NCBI GenBank assembly: GCA_965214935.1
Contig: CBDCCS010000003.1
Location: 64,001-128,000, forward strand
Length of the DNA: 64,000 nucleotides
Source: Candidatus Velthaea sp.
Lineage (GTDB): Bacteria; Vulcanimicrobiota; Vulcanimicrobiia; Vulcanimicrobiales; Vulcanimicrobiaceae
Direction of reading: 5' to 3'
Shown here: positions 1 to 10,200 of the stretch, in pieces
How positions within the stretch are numbered: position 1 is the first letter of the stretch
How the letters are laid out: every line of letters begins with the position of its first letter
The notes under the pieces: generated by a model
Databases searched by the model: none
What the model saw: only the letters and a program-made list of their open reading frames with translations
Told to the model about the DNA's origin: nothing
Program-made: the position numbers and the translations under genes

Positions 1-565
1 TGGCGGCCACGACCGGTCCGCTGCCCGCGAAGCCCAACGGAAGCGGAAGTTCGTTTTGCTGGCCGGCGAAAAACGAGTCCGTGCTGGCCGTTATGCCGAC
101 GACATATGGAAGTTCGAGCTGTTCGCAAGCTTCAATGAGTGCAAACGTTACGTCGCGATGCGCGACGGCCGGGAATGCGCGCTCGCAATAGGCATCGGAC
201 GAAGCGCTGAGCCGGACGGCCGCCTCGTGAATTACCAGCGAATCGACCGCAATCTCTGCTGGGATGGCTCCGCAGGTGCCGACACGCACGAACGTATCGC
301 TCCCGGCAGCTGCAAGCTCGAGCAAGGCAATCTCCGTGGACGGAGCGCCGATGCCCGTCGAACACGCGCCGAGGTTTACGCCATCGAGCGTTCCGCGCGC
401 ATACCGGAACTCACGATTGAACGAAACGTCGGTATACGTGTGCCATTGCTTACCGATCGACGGTACGCGGCCGGGATCGCCGGGCAGCAGCATGTAACGC
501 GGTGCGCTGTCTTCGCCGGTCATAACGTGCGATTTGTGCATCGAACGTGCAGCTTGGCCATCCAA
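1..565 (-). CDS. Uridine phosphorylase / PNP-UDP family nucleoside phosphorylase (runs off left edge)
   Basis: Manual minus-strand translation gives ...YMLLPGDPGRV...NREFRYARGTLDGVNLGACSTGIGAPSTEIALLEL...FVRVGTCGAI. TTG start at 565 after GGAG (alternative ATG 541). Absent from the ORF track because there is no stop in the window. Confidence 0.88.
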   Translation of the reverse strand, partial: MDGQAARSMHKSHVMTGEDSAPRYMLLPGDPGRVPSIGKQWHTYTDVSFNREFRYARGTLDGVNLGACSTGIGAPSTEIALLELAAAGSDTFVRVGTCGAIPAEIAVDSLVIHEAAVRLSASSDAYCERAFPAVAHRDVTFALIEACEQLELPYVVGITASTDSFFAGQQNELPLPLGFAGSGPVVAA

Positions 566-652
566 GCCGGCGCTCCCGCGACGGCAACTTCATTACTATT
601 GCTACAAGTATCTTATGTTACCGAAGGAGATCCGCTCGAGCCGCGATGTCGA

Positions 653-1255
653 CTACGAGCCGCGCTCGGCAATGACCGGTTCGAATCGCCGATCCGGAAT
701 GAGCCATAGGGCCGCAACGACGATGAAAAGCGCGTCGGCGACAATCGGTGAGACGAACGCGCAACCGATCGCACAGACGTAAATACCCAGCGACGCTTTC
801 CCTTTGCGGTCGATTCGGACGGCTTGGGCAAACGGGGTGCCGCGACCGTTGACCGCGATAAGCGCCATTTGCAGCAGCGTATACGCTAGTGCATTTGCCA
901 GTAAGACGAAGGCGTACAATGCGGTCGGCACGCGGGCCAACGGATGTTCTCCCAACCAATTGGTCGTGAACGGTACGAGCGAAAGCCAGAAGAGTAAATG
1001 CAGGTTCGCCCACATTGCCCGGCCGTCGACGCCATTGGTCGCCCGGAGCATATGATGGTGGTTGTTCCAATAGATGCCGACGAAGATAAAGCTTAATGCG
1101 TAGGCCGCGAGCGTCGGCACGAGCGTTCGCAACGACTGCAAGTCCGTACCGGGCGGCGGTTTGAGTTCGAGCACCATGATCGTAATGATGACGGCAATGA
1201 CGCCGTCGCTGAACGCCTCGAGCCGGCTTGACTCGGTTGAAAATTTCGACTGCAC
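653..1255 (-). CDS. TMEM175 family (DUF1211) potassium channel
   Basis: RLEAFSDGVIAVIITIMVLEL signature, YWNNHHH, about six hydrophobic segments. Confidence 0.9.
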   Translation of the reverse strand: MQSKFSTESSRLEAFSDGVIAVIITIMVLELKPPPGTDLQSLRTLVPTLAAYALSFIFVGIYWNNHHHMLRATNGVDGRAMWANLHLLFWLSLVPFTTNWLGEHPLARVPTALYAFVLLANALAYTLLQMALIAVNGRGTPFAQAVRIDRKGKASLGIYVCAIGCAFVSPIVADALFIVVAALWLIPDRRFEPVIAERGS

Positions 1256-1409
1256 CCTTACACCTGCAAGCGTATGTCGACGCTAACGGCGGCACCGGCA
1301 GGCGCAGGGTCCCAGACGGACGCGAAGTGAACGTTCACGCACGCGACTTAGCGGTTCGCGCGGCCGAGCCTCTGCTTCGTACGTGCCGAGCGCCATTCTT
1401 GCGTGAGGG

Positions 1410-2348
1410 TTGCCGATGACCGAAACGAATAGTGTCCATCGCACGAACTGGCCCGACGTGCACGTCACGGCTTGGGCGCCGACGAAGAAGAGCCTCCACT
1501 TATATCTGCAGATGTTGGGCAAGCTTCGCGTCGCACGTTCACCCGCGCAGCCGAATTGGATGTTCACGGCACTTCTGTTGACCGCGCGCGGAATTACCAC
1601 CGGGCCGATCCCCTGGCACGATACGACGTTTGCGGCGTCGCTCGACGTCTTTCGGTCGGAAATCATCGTCGAACGCAGCAACGGCGATCGACGCTCGATC
1701 GCGCTGCTCCCGGTGCGGACGGTTGCCGAAATATACGCCGAGTTGCAAGCTGCGCTCGAAGCGATTGCCGTCGAATGTACGATTTCTCCGGCACCCCAGG
1801 AAATCGCCGACACCCTGCCCTTGTCCGAAGACCGGCGCCCCGCGTCGTACGAGCCGGAGTCCGTGCAGCGCTGGTTTCATGCAACGACGGCGACGGCGAA
1901 CGTCTTCGACGATTGGCGCGCGCACTTTTTCGGCCGTTCGGGGATTCAGCTTTGGTGGGGCGCACTTGATGTTGCACTGCTGCTTTTCAACGGCAAGCAT
2001 GCCGAGCCGCCCACCGACCGCGGCTATCTCATGCGCTACGATCTGGACGCGGAAATGCTGAACGCCGGTTTGTACTTCGGTGACGAACGGACCGCGCCGT
2101 TCTTCTACGGCTACATTTTCCCGCAGCCGCAAGGCGCACCGGGGCTGCCGATGGCACCGGCCGCTGCCGCTTGGTCAGACACGTTTAAAGAGTGGGTGCT
2201 GCCGTACGATGCAGTTCGCCAGGCGGCCGACCCGGCCGCCGAACTGCACACCTTTCTCGATGCGCTTTACGCGCAATGCATCGCGGCGGCCGGCTGGGAT
2301 CGCGCTGCGTTATCGTACGTCGCGCCGAAACGCTCGAGCTATTCGTAG
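1410..2348 (+). CDS. DUF5996-like conserved hypothetical protein
   Basis: W..TKKSLHLYLQMLGKLR...NW...LTARGITT, F.GRSG..LWWGALD, PFFYGYIFPQP motifs. Confidence 0.7.
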   Translation: MPMTETNSVHRTNWPDVHVTAWAPTKKSLHLYLQMLGKLRVARSPAQPNWMFTALLLTARGITTGPIPWHDTTFAASLDVFRSEIIVERSNGDRRSIALLPVRTVAEIYAELQAALEAIAVECTISPAPQEIADTLPLSEDRRPASYEPESVQRWFHATTATANVFDDWRAHFFGRSGIQLWWGALDVALLLFNGKHAEPPTDRGYLMRYDLDAEMLNAGLYFGDERTAPFFYGYIFPQPQGAPGLPMAPAAAAWSDTFKEWVLPYDAVRQAADPAAELHTFLDALYAQCIAAAGWDRAALSYVAPKRSSYS

Positions 2349-2360
2349 GGCATTTCGGTA

Positions 2361-3134
2361 ATGGCTCGGGTATTCATCACCGGTTCGGCTGACGGGCTTG
2401 GCCGCATGGCCGCGCAACGGCTCGTCGCCGCTGGGCATTCCGTCGTGCTGCATGCGCGCAACGAGCGGCGCGCGCACGAAGCGCTTCTGGGCGTTCCGGG
2501 TGCCGAAACGGCAATTGCCGGTGATTTGTCGAGCCTGGCGGAGACGTGCAGTGTTACCGAACGGCTCAATGCACTCGGCACGTTCGATGCGATCGTTCAC
2601 AATGCCGGCGTCGGCTACCGTGAATCGCGGCGCGATGCGACAGTCGACGGCTTACCGCGTGTTTTTGCCGTGAATACGCTGGCGACTTACGTGCTCACCG
2701 CTCTCGTCGTAAAACCAAAACGGCTGATTTATCTAAGTTCCGGCTTGCATCAAAGCGGTGATGCGACGCTGGTCGATCTTGCGTGGGAACATCGCGCGTG
2801 GAACGGTCTTCAAGCGTATGCCGACACGAAATTCCACGATGCGCTGCTTGCGTTTGCGATTGCACGTCGCTGGCCCGACGTCCGATCGAACGCCGTCGAA
2901 CCGGGCTGGGTTGCAACCAAGATGGGCGGCGCCGGAGCGACCGACGATCTGCAAGCCGGGTGTGAAACGCAAGCCTGGTTAGCGGTCAGCGACGATGCCG
3001 GTGCGCAGCGAACCGGCGAGTATTTCTACCATCAGAAGTTGCGCAAGCCCAAGGCTGCTACCCGTGACGTCAGCGCACAGGAGATGCTGCTCGAAGCCTG
3101 CCGGATGCTTTCGGGTGTAAGCCTACCGGGTTGA
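2361..3134 (+). CDS. SDR family NAD(P)-dependent oxidoreductase
   Basis: TGSADGLG, HNAG, YADTK catalytic motif, PGWVAT. Confidence 0.9.
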   Translation: MARVFITGSADGLGRMAAQRLVAAGHSVVLHARNERRAHEALLGVPGAETAIAGDLSSLAETCSVTERLNALGTFDAIVHNAGVGYRESRRDATVDGLPRVFAVNTLATYVLTALVVKPKRLIYLSSGLHQSGDATLVDLAWEHRAWNGLQAYADTKFHDALLAFAIARRWPDVRSNAVEPGWVATKMGGAGATDDLQAGCETQAWLAVSDDAGAQRTGEYFYHQKLRKPKAATRDVSAQEMLLEACRMLSGVSLPG

Positions 3135-3138
3135 GCCT

Positions 3139-4248
3139 TTATGACGATTCTGTTTGCGCGATAATATAATCGACGACATCTTCAAAGCGCCCGGCTTGCG
3201 CGAACGCTTGGCGTTGCCGCGTAGCACCGTTGCCCCGGCGCAGGGTTCGGCGCACGAGATCGGTGACTTCGGCATAATCACCGGCTTCTTCGAGAGCGTC
3301 GCGTACGTGCGCGAGCAACTCGTCGATCAGCATGCCGGCCGGCTTTGTATGACCGGTTCGCACGTCGATCAAGTCGCTCTCGAGTCCGTAACGGGCCGCC
3401 TGCCAATGCGCGGCACGCACTAATTCGTGTCGAACGCGCGGCAAATCTTCACCCTTTTGTCCGGCAAGGTATGCGCGGCGCGCAAGAGCGCGGACAAGCC
3501 CCGCGAGCATGACCGCTTCATCGACGGTCATACAAACGTCGGTCACGCGAAATTCCAGCGTCGGAAAGCGGCCCGACGGACGGACATCCCAGTAAATCTT
3601 CGTCTCATCTTCGATAATTTTGCCTGCTATGAGACTTTGAATGAGCTCGTCGTATTCCGCCTTCGAATCGAACGCGAGCGGCGGACCCGACAGCGGCCAG
3701 CGTGACCAAACCTCCGTGCGGAAGCTCGCATATTGCGTATCGGCGCCGAGCCAGAACGGCGAATTGGCCGTGAGTGCGAGCAGCGCAGAGAGTTGCGAAC
3801 GAACGCGATTGAGAACGTCGATCGCGACTTCGGCGCTTTCCATTCCGACGTGCACGTGACAACCGAAGATAACCGTTTCGCGCGCGATCAAGCCAAAAGC
3901 TTGCCCGATCTGTTCGTAACGCGTTTTGGGCGTCAGCGCCTGATCGCTCCAGGCTGAAAATGGATGCGTCCCCGCGGCGGCAATGCGGCTACCGTTTTGC
4001 CGCGCGGCGTCGATTACGTTACGCCGTGCACGTTCGACTTCGCGTCGCACGTCGGCGAGCGTCGCACACACCGGCGTTGCAATCTCAATCATCGACGTTT
4101 GAAGTTCCGGTTGCACGGCATCGCCGAGCTGCCGTTCCGCAACGGGCAGTAAAGCGGCTTGCCGCGCAGCAAGCTTGCGCGACTGGCTGTCGACGATCTG
4201 ATACTCTTCCTCGACGCCCAGCGTAAAGGTATCGATTCCCTTTGACAT
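3139..4248 (-). CDS. Carboxylate-amine ligase, YbdK/GCS2 family
   Basis: TLGVEEEYQIVD, GTHPF, FGCHVHVG, ANSPFW, YWDVRP..RFPTLEFRVTD. Confidence 0.92.
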   Translation of the reverse strand: MSKGIDTFTLGVEEEYQIVDSQSRKLAARQAALLPVAERQLGDAVQPELQTSMIEIATPVCATLADVRREVERARRNVIDAARQNGSRIAAAGTHPFSAWSDQALTPKTRYEQIGQAFGLIARETVIFGCHVHVGMESAEVAIDVLNRVRSQLSALLALTANSPFWLGADTQYASFRTEVWSRWPLSGPPLAFDSKAEYDELIQSLIAGKIIEDETKIYWDVRPSGRFPTLEFRVTDVCMTVDEAVMLAGLVRALARRAYLAGQKGEDLPRVRHELVRAAHWQAARYGLESDLIDVRTGHTKPAGMLIDELLAHVRDALEEAGDYAEVTDLVRRTLRRGNGATRQRQAFAQAGRFEDVVDYIIAQTESS

Positions 4249-4524
4249 CGCAACGGAGAGTATACCGCAACTCGCGATCCGACCTGGGCGCTCGGACTGC
4301 TATGCGCGCCGGAAAATCAGGTTGGGAACATCTTACAGGTAAGGGGCTGTTGTCTCAAACGTTATTAGATTGAGCCTGGTTTAATCGCGCCGAAAGCAAT
4401 GACGGGTGTCGTGTTCGTCAAGCGATTACTCGCAGCGTGCGCGGCAACGACTCGAACGTCGCTGTTCCGGGACTTCGACGCCGGGAGCATTGCCGTAGTT
4501 CATCTCCTCGGGCTGCCCGGCGAG

Positions 4525-5370
4525 TTACACGCTCGGCATGCGTTTTGGGATCTTGAAGATGCGACCGAGCAGTCCGTCAAATGCCGTATCTGATAAGATC
4601 CAGCGCAAAAATAGAATAATGTGCGCGGCAGGCGAAGTCGCATAGCGCGCTTTCGGCTTTGCGACGGTGGCGGCGCGCACGATAACATCCGCGCAATCTT
4701 CGGCACTCTGTTGCCCTTGCTCGCTCGAAAACATCGCTGAAGCGCCGTCGAGGATTGTGGCGTACGGACCGGCACCCGATACCTTGCGCGCGTTGTCGAG
4801 TGCAACGCCCGTCCACTCCGTTACCGTACCCGCCGGCTCGATAACGATGACGTCGATCCCGAAAGGTCGCAGTTCGTTGCGCAGACAGTCGGAGAAGCCC
4901 TCGACGGCAAATTTCGATGCATGGTACCACGCGCCGAGCGGCGACCATATCTTACCGCCGATCGACGAGACGTTGAGTATTCGTCCGCTGCGGCGGCGGC
5001 GCATTGAGGGCAGCACGAGTTGAATGACGTGCGCGAGCCCAAACACGTTCACGTCCATCTGCACGCGAGCAGCCGCCATCGGGATCTCCTCAACCGATCC
5101 GTACGAACCGTAACCGGCAGTGTTGACGAGCACATCGATGCGCTCGTTTTCGGCAAGTACGGTTGCAACGAACGCTTCAATACTCTGGGGCTGCGTAAGA
5201 TCTAAATAGTGCACGCCGGCGCCGAGCGCCATGAGGTCTGCCATCGCCTCAGTTCGACGGGCGGCGGCATGGACGCGGTAGCCTTTTTCAAGTAACTTGC
5301 GCGCGACCGCTTTACCGATTCCCGACGAGGCGCCGGTAACGACGGCGACACGAGCCTGAGTGTTATGCAT
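4525..5370 (-). CDS. SDR family oxidoreductase
   Basis: VTGASSGIG, YHASK. Start placed at ATG 5370 because the longer ORF-track start falls inside the operator palindrome. Confidence 0.9.
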   Translation of the reverse strand: MHNTQARVAVVTGASSGIGKAVARKLLEKGYRVHAAARRTEAMADLMALGAGVHYLDLTQPQSIEAFVATVLAENERIDVLVNTAGYGSYGSVEEIPMAAARVQMDVNVFGLAHVIQLVLPSMRRRRSGRILNVSSIGGKIWSPLGAWYHASKFAVEGFSDCLRNELRPFGIDVIVIEPAGTVTEWTGVALDNARKVSGAGPYATILDGASAMFSSEQGQQSAEDCADVIVRAATVAKPKARYATSPAAHIILFLRWILSDTAFDGLLGRIFKIPKRMPSV

Positions 5371-5377
5371 GCTCGAC

Positions 5378-5409
5378 AGATTGACATAATGTGTCAATTA
5401 TGTCAATCT
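5378..5409. promoter_or_regulatory. Putative TetR operator overlapping divergent promoters
   Basis: Perfect 13-bp inverted repeat AGATTGACATAAT-gtgtca-ATTATGTCAATCT containing TTGACA on both strands, between divergent SDR and TetR genes. Confidence 0.8.
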
Positions 5410-5420
5410 TTCCAAGACCA

Positions 5421-5948
5421 ATGACGCACGCGAAGCCATCCACGGCGAGACGAGGAGCGATCGTCTCTGCAGCGCGAGAGTGCTTCTTTCGCTTCGGCTA
5501 CAAAAAGACGTCGTTCAAGGACGTTGCGAAAGCCGCCGGCATCACACGCTCGCTGATCTACCTGCACTTTAAAAACAAGGATGATCTGCTTGGAGCGGTG
5601 TTTACCGCAGTATTTGAGGAACGGTATCCCGTGGTCGAGCAAATCCTATCGGCCGACGAAACACCGTCTGCAAAACTCGCTCGCATTTACGATCAGTTGC
5701 TTGTCGAACCATGGGCCGAGGTGACGGCCGGCGCGGCTCCGGACGAATTTCTTGCCACGTGCGAGCAGATCATCCCGGCGGCGGAACTCGCGTATCAAAA
5801 GCGCCGCTTACGCTACACTGTTGCGGTTCTCGGCAATCGCGAACTCGCGCAGATCTTCGTCATGTCGGCGGATGGGCTGCTTGCCGATGTGCCTTCACCG
5901 GAAACGTTGCGTAAACGGCTCAGGCGACTCATCGAGCGATTTACATGA
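5421..5948 (+). CDS. TetR/AcrR family transcriptional regulator
   Basis: IVSAARECFFRFGYKKTSFKDVAKAAGITRSLIYLHFKNKDDL HTH. Confidence 0.92.
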   Translation: MTHAKPSTARRGAIVSAARECFFRFGYKKTSFKDVAKAAGITRSLIYLHFKNKDDLLGAVFTAVFEERYPVVEQILSADETPSAKLARIYDQLLVEPWAEVTAGAAPDEFLATCEQIIPAAELAYQKRRLRYTVAVLGNRELAQIFVMSADGLLADVPSPETLRKRLRRLIERFT

Positions 5949-6186
5949 AGGTCTGCGCGTCCACTTACGGTCCGTCTCGATTGCTATGCCGAGATCGAGA
6001 GCTAGCTGCGCGATCGATACATTCGTCAACAGCCCGCAAGACGTATGTTGATTTGACCGTCGATTCATTCACGTAACGACGGTCGCCGACTTTATTGGCG
6101 GTAATTGGAAGTATTCAGTCGTCTCCCACCTGCGGCCCGACTCGTGCGGCTTCACAGACTTTTCGGCGGGCAATTTGTGCTGGGGT

Positions 6187-6585
6187 TTATTCTGCATGTA
6201 TCAGCCGGTCGTAGTTACGACGGAATAACGCAATAGCCGAATCGGAACCGATGCGATCGATTTGTTCGCAAACCCAGCCGCGTGCATAGCGAAATGGCCG
6301 GGCATGGCCCGAGGCGACCAATTCGGCACCTAGCCTAGGGTCCGTCGCGAGATGCACTTCACCGCCTAAATGGATGTGGCCTAATTCCCGCTTGCCGACG
6401 TAAAAGTCGACTCCATCGACGCGCGTCGGCTCGTGGAGATCCCAATGTACCGTCGCCAGCACGCCGGGCCAGTTGGTGACGGCGTCGGCGACCGTTGCAA
6501 GTGGGCCATCGAGCCTCGGCGGCGGTGCGACCGGGCCTTTCGCGGAACGCGGCATGGTATCGAAAGCCGGCTCATTCATCGGCAA
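6187..6585 (-). CDS. DUF5519 / 'luciferase family'-like small protein
   Basis: WPGV....H...DFYVGKRELGHIH motif; follows the NmrA-like gene. Confidence 0.6.
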   Translation of the reverse strand: MPMNEPAFDTMPRSAKGPVAPPPRLDGPLATVADAVTNWPGVLATVHWDLHEPTRVDGVDFYVGKRELGHIHLGGEVHLATDPRLGAELVASGHARPFRYARGWVCEQIDRIGSDSAIALFRRNYDRLIHAE

Positions 6586-6597
6586 GTATCTCCTCGT

Positions 6598-7480
6598 TCA
6601 GGCTGCGCTCAACACGGCGGGCTTTAACACGTCTTCACTCCACCGGCGAAAGCTGGTCGGCGTACTGTTTTGCGAAGTGCGCGGCTCCGCATTATCGAGA
6701 CCGTCGCTTTTGGCGACGAGCATATCGATCATCGCTTGTGCCATCGCGTCGGAGTATCCGTTCGATAACAACCGCGGGCGAAGCAACTCGGCCGGAACCT
6801 GTTGAAATGCAATCGGCTTGCCGAGCACTTCGGACATGATTCGGGCCATGTCGTTGTAAGAGATGTCTTCGGGACCAAGCACCGGCAAGCTCTGCGTGCC
6901 GCTCCATGAAGAATCGAGGAGCAGCGCAGAGGCGACGGCAGCAATATCGCGTGTGGCGCAAGCCGGCAACTTGCGGTCACCGGAAATCGGCCAGAAGAAC
7001 ATGCCTTGATTCGTAATCGAGTCGACTTGGCGGAGCATATTGTCCATGAACGAGGGAGCCAAAATAGCGCGATAGCTAACGCCGGTGCTCGATGAGATCG
7101 TCCATTTTTAATGACGCCGTTACGTGCCCGGCGGGTAAATCGACGCCGCGGCCGAGCGCCGAAATCCCGACGACCCGCTTCACGCCCCGGCTGCGGAAAG
7201 CAGCAGCGGCAGGCCGGCTGAACGTCACGTATGCGTCGTCGGCGCTCGCAGCGGCGGGGTCTGCCGGCACCAGCCAAAAGAGCGCGTCGGCGCCTGCGAA
7301 TGCACGATTCACCACCTCCGCATCACGATGCGAACCTTCAACAACTTCGACCCGACCGCGGGTGCTCGCGGGCAGCCGAGACGGATCGCGCGCGATCACC
7401 CGGATAGTTTCCCCGCTTTCAAGAATGTTTGCGAGAACCTGGCGACCGATGTTACTCGTGGGGGCGGTCAAAACGATCAT
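6598..7480 (-). pseudogene. NmrA-family NAD(P)H-binding protein, frameshifted near 7090
   Basis: ORF 7076..7480 (MIVLTAPTSNIGRQV...MDDLI) continues in another frame as STGVSYRAILAPSFMDN into ORF 6598..7062. Confidence 0.8.
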
Positions 7481-7850
7481 GGAGCCTCATCTGAAGTTGG
7501 AGCGCCTTCCGAAACTTTACCGTACCGTTTACTAGGTTGAGACGCTGCTGCGCTGCGTATGCTCGGTTCCGTGATTCGTTCTCGCCGCCCTAAGCGCTCT
7601 TTGGAATCGAACGCCTTTCCGACAAACACGCCGATGACCGCGTACTTCGCTGCGCTATCGATTGCCGGGTACTCTGCCGCAGCCTGCTTACACTGCCCGG
7701 CTCAGCTCGCGAAGGTGCGTTAGCAGGTCGATCAATGGCGAACCTACCGTGACACGAGTGCCGGTCGACCTCACACGGAAGAACCGCTGGGATGCAGCGC
7801 ACATCGACATTGTGCGTTTTGAAAAGGCGGTTAGCCGTGTGGCTGCATCC

Positions 7851-8633
7851 CTAGCGTAGCAATATTGTGAGAACGGCGATGTCGTCCGGATAGCGCGGTG
7901 TTGTCGCCTCGAGCACATGGTCGACGATAAATCTCGCGGGCCGCGTTGCCGCTTCGATAAGCGCATCGCGCGCCGCGATCAATAAACGTGTTTCGCCTGC
8001 TTCGACATCATGATTCGATTCGATCAAGCCGTCGGTGTAGAACACCAGCAGCGAGTTAGGCTCGTACACGACTTCGTGTTCGCGAATCAAGTCGGGGAGA
8101 TTGACTTCGACGCCGAGCGGAAATCCATGGTTGGGCAGAATACGCGCCGGTTCGCCGAGTCTCGCGATTACCGGCGGATGATGACCGGCACAAGCGTAGG
8201 TGATTTTGCGACATGACACATCGATGATGCCGTAAATCGCAGTCGTGAATTGAACGTGATGATCGTTGAGGAAGATCACCTTATTGGCCTGATCGAGAAC
8301 GGCGATCGGCATCGGATCGTTGATTTGAAGCGAAGCGGCCACTTTGATGGCCTGCTTCGCTTGCGCCATCTTCACTGCCGCACCCACCCCTTTGCCGCAT
8401 ACATCGCCGATAGAAAATGCCGTTCGTCCATCCGGTAAGACAAAGACGTCGTACCAATCGCCGCCTAGCCGCTCGAAGTCGTCCGCCGGCTGGTAGACGA
8501 CATCAAACGTCAACCCATCGACGACCGGAAAAACGGTGAGCAAAAATCCTTTGAGCAGCGCGTCGATCGTGTTTTGCTTTACGGCTAACTCGCGCTGGAG
8601 CGTTTCGACTGTTTCAACGCTATTGTGTAGCAT
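7851..8633 (-). CDS. PP2C/SpoIIE (RsbU-like) serine phosphatase
   Basis: GGDWYD, IGDVCGKG, AGHHPP, FYTDGLIE, DDIAVL motifs. Confidence 0.9.
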   Translation of the reverse strand: MLHNSVETVETLQRELAVKQNTIDALLKGFLLTVFPVVDGLTFDVVYQPADDFERLGGDWYDVFVLPDGRTAFSIGDVCGKGVGAAVKMAQAKQAIKVAASLQINDPMPIAVLDQANKVIFLNDHHVQFTTAIYGIIDVSCRKITYACAGHHPPVIARLGEPARILPNHGFPLGVEVNLPDLIREHEVVYEPNSLLVFYTDGLIESNHDVEAGETRLLIAARDALIEAATRPARFIVDHVLEATTPRYPDDIAVLTILLR

Positions 8634-8989
8634 ATCGGCCTTCCGTCAGGGCCGGCGCAGCGATCGGTGCAACATCAGCTCTTTCGTGGCCGGACGCCGT
8701 TGCGAGCGATTGCCATCGCACTCGCCATGCGATCATACAACCGGCAAGCGGCTGATTATATCGTTAAAAAAGCGATATGAAACAGAGTCCTTGCGCGTCG
8801 TCTGCTCGCCGCGAATGGTCGATTGACCGGCCTTCGCGCAATCGTCGGGAGGGTTCGTACGGCCGCTACGGCTATTCGTACGAGAAATCCGGACGCGTCG
8901 ACCGGCGTTCCGGCACTCCTTACCGCTCAAGCTAAGCCTGCGCAGCTCGTCGTCACGCTAGCTGCTATCAGCCGGATGATACAACGATC

Positions 8990-9739
8990 ATGCTCATCGT
9001 CTTCGATCTCGACGGAACGTTAGCCGAAAGTAAAGCGCCCCTCGATGCGGAGATGGGTCTGCTTTTGCAGGCCCTGCTCGGCGTCGCGCGCGTTGCGGTT
9101 ATTTCAGGCGGCGATCTGCCGCAATTCCAAACGCAGCTCCTCGGGCGTTTGCCGTCCGGCGCCGACCTCACGAAGATGTCGCTGCTGCCGACCTGCGGGA
9201 CCCGCTTCTATACCTATTCGGACGACTGGCACAAGCTTTATTCCGAAGATCTCAGCGGCGCACAAAAAGAGCGAATTATTGCTGCGCTGCATGGTGCGAT
9301 AACCGCTTTGGGCTTCGACGCAGCCCAAACATGGGGCGACACCATTGAAGACCGCGAAAGTCAAATAACGTATTCGGCACTGGGCCAACAAGCGCCGCTC
9401 GATGCAAAAAAGCAGTGGGATCCCGACTTCGCCAAACGCAAGGCGATGAAGGCCGCGCTCGATCGTAACTTAGCGGACTTTTCGGTTCGCTTGGGCGGTT
9501 CGACATCGATCGATATCACGTTGCCGGGCATCGACAAAGCCTACGGCATGCGAAAACTGCGCGATATTCTCGGCATTCCGATTGCCGACATGCTTTTCAT
9601 CGGAGACGCGCTTTTTCCGGGCGGTAACGACGCGCCCGTTCGCGACACCGGCGCACGCTGCATTCAAGTCAGAGATCCGGATGAAACAAAGCGCGTCATC
9701 GAGGCAATCAACGCTTGTTTGAGCAGCGCGACGACGTGA
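8990..9739 (+). CDS. HAD-IIB family hydrolase (phosphomannomutase-like)
   Basis: FDLDGTL, ISGG, GGSTSIDIT..GIDK, FIGD...GGND. Confidence 0.88.
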   Translation: MLIVFDLDGTLAESKAPLDAEMGLLLQALLGVARVAVISGGDLPQFQTQLLGRLPSGADLTKMSLLPTCGTRFYTYSDDWHKLYSEDLSGAQKERIIAALHGAITALGFDAAQTWGDTIEDRESQITYSALGQQAPLDAKKQWDPDFAKRKAMKAALDRNLADFSVRLGGSTSIDITLPGIDKAYGMRKLRDILGIPIADMLFIGDALFPGGNDAPVRDTGARCIQVRDPDETKRVIEAINACLSSATT

Positions 9740-9747
9740 TCGGGCAA

Positions 9748-10119
9748 TTACCGCTGCGGGCCGTCCGCGATGAGTTCAAGTCGATCGCGCAACGCGATTT
9801 CGCCGCGCTGTAATGCGCCGCTGCCGAGCTCGATAACGGCGTGGGCCCGATAACAGATAATTGCTAAGCGTCCACCGGGAACGTTTGCGCAGACCCGCAG
9901 CACACGCGACTGTGCGTCGAGGAAAATAATATCGATCCGGACACGCATTCCGAGTGTGTGAATAGCCGAACATGGTTCGATCCATAAACCTTCGTCTGGT
10001 TCGAGGTGCGCTCGTGATAGCAAACCGACCGATCGCTGCAACCACGTTTTTGCAAGCCCGACACGCGTCGCCACGATTGTCCCGCTCGTGACGTTTCGCA
10101 GTAACGCCATTACGGCCAC
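9748..10119 (-). CDS. DUF192 family protein
   Basis: R..GLL.R..L...EGLWI.PCSAIHT.GM...IDIIFLD...VIEL..G. Confidence 0.85.
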   Translation of the reverse strand: MAVMALLRNVTSGTIVATRVGLAKTWLQRSVGLLSRAHLEPDEGLWIEPCSAIHTLGMRVRIDIIFLDAQSRVLRVCANVPGGRLAIICYRAHAVIELGSGALQRGEIALRDRLELIADGPQR

Positions 10120-10200
10120 CGGCCGACGGTATCCGTATCCGTCGCGAGTCGGCTAACGCGAGGTACGATGGGCATATACGATCGCCGCGCTCATATATGC

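Noticed and set aside
56..709. 217-aa plus-strand ORF
   Set aside because: Antisense shadow of the minus-strand nucleoside phosphorylase, which has clear family motifs
4338..4370. TAAGGGGCTGTTGTCTCAAAC resembling an IS terminal repeat
   Set aside because: No partner inverted repeat, target duplication or transposase seen
6055..6084. GACCGTCG...CGACGGTC inverted repeat between convergent genes
   Set aside because: Short GC-rich stem with a 14-nt loop and no U-tract; could be chance
7590..7859. Small overlapping ORFs between the NmrA and PP2C genes
   Set aside because: No recognisable motif or RBS; cannot choose a frame
8631..8660. GCCGATAT at the PP2C start as a sigma28 -10
   Set aside because: It overlaps the start codon itself and has no -35 match
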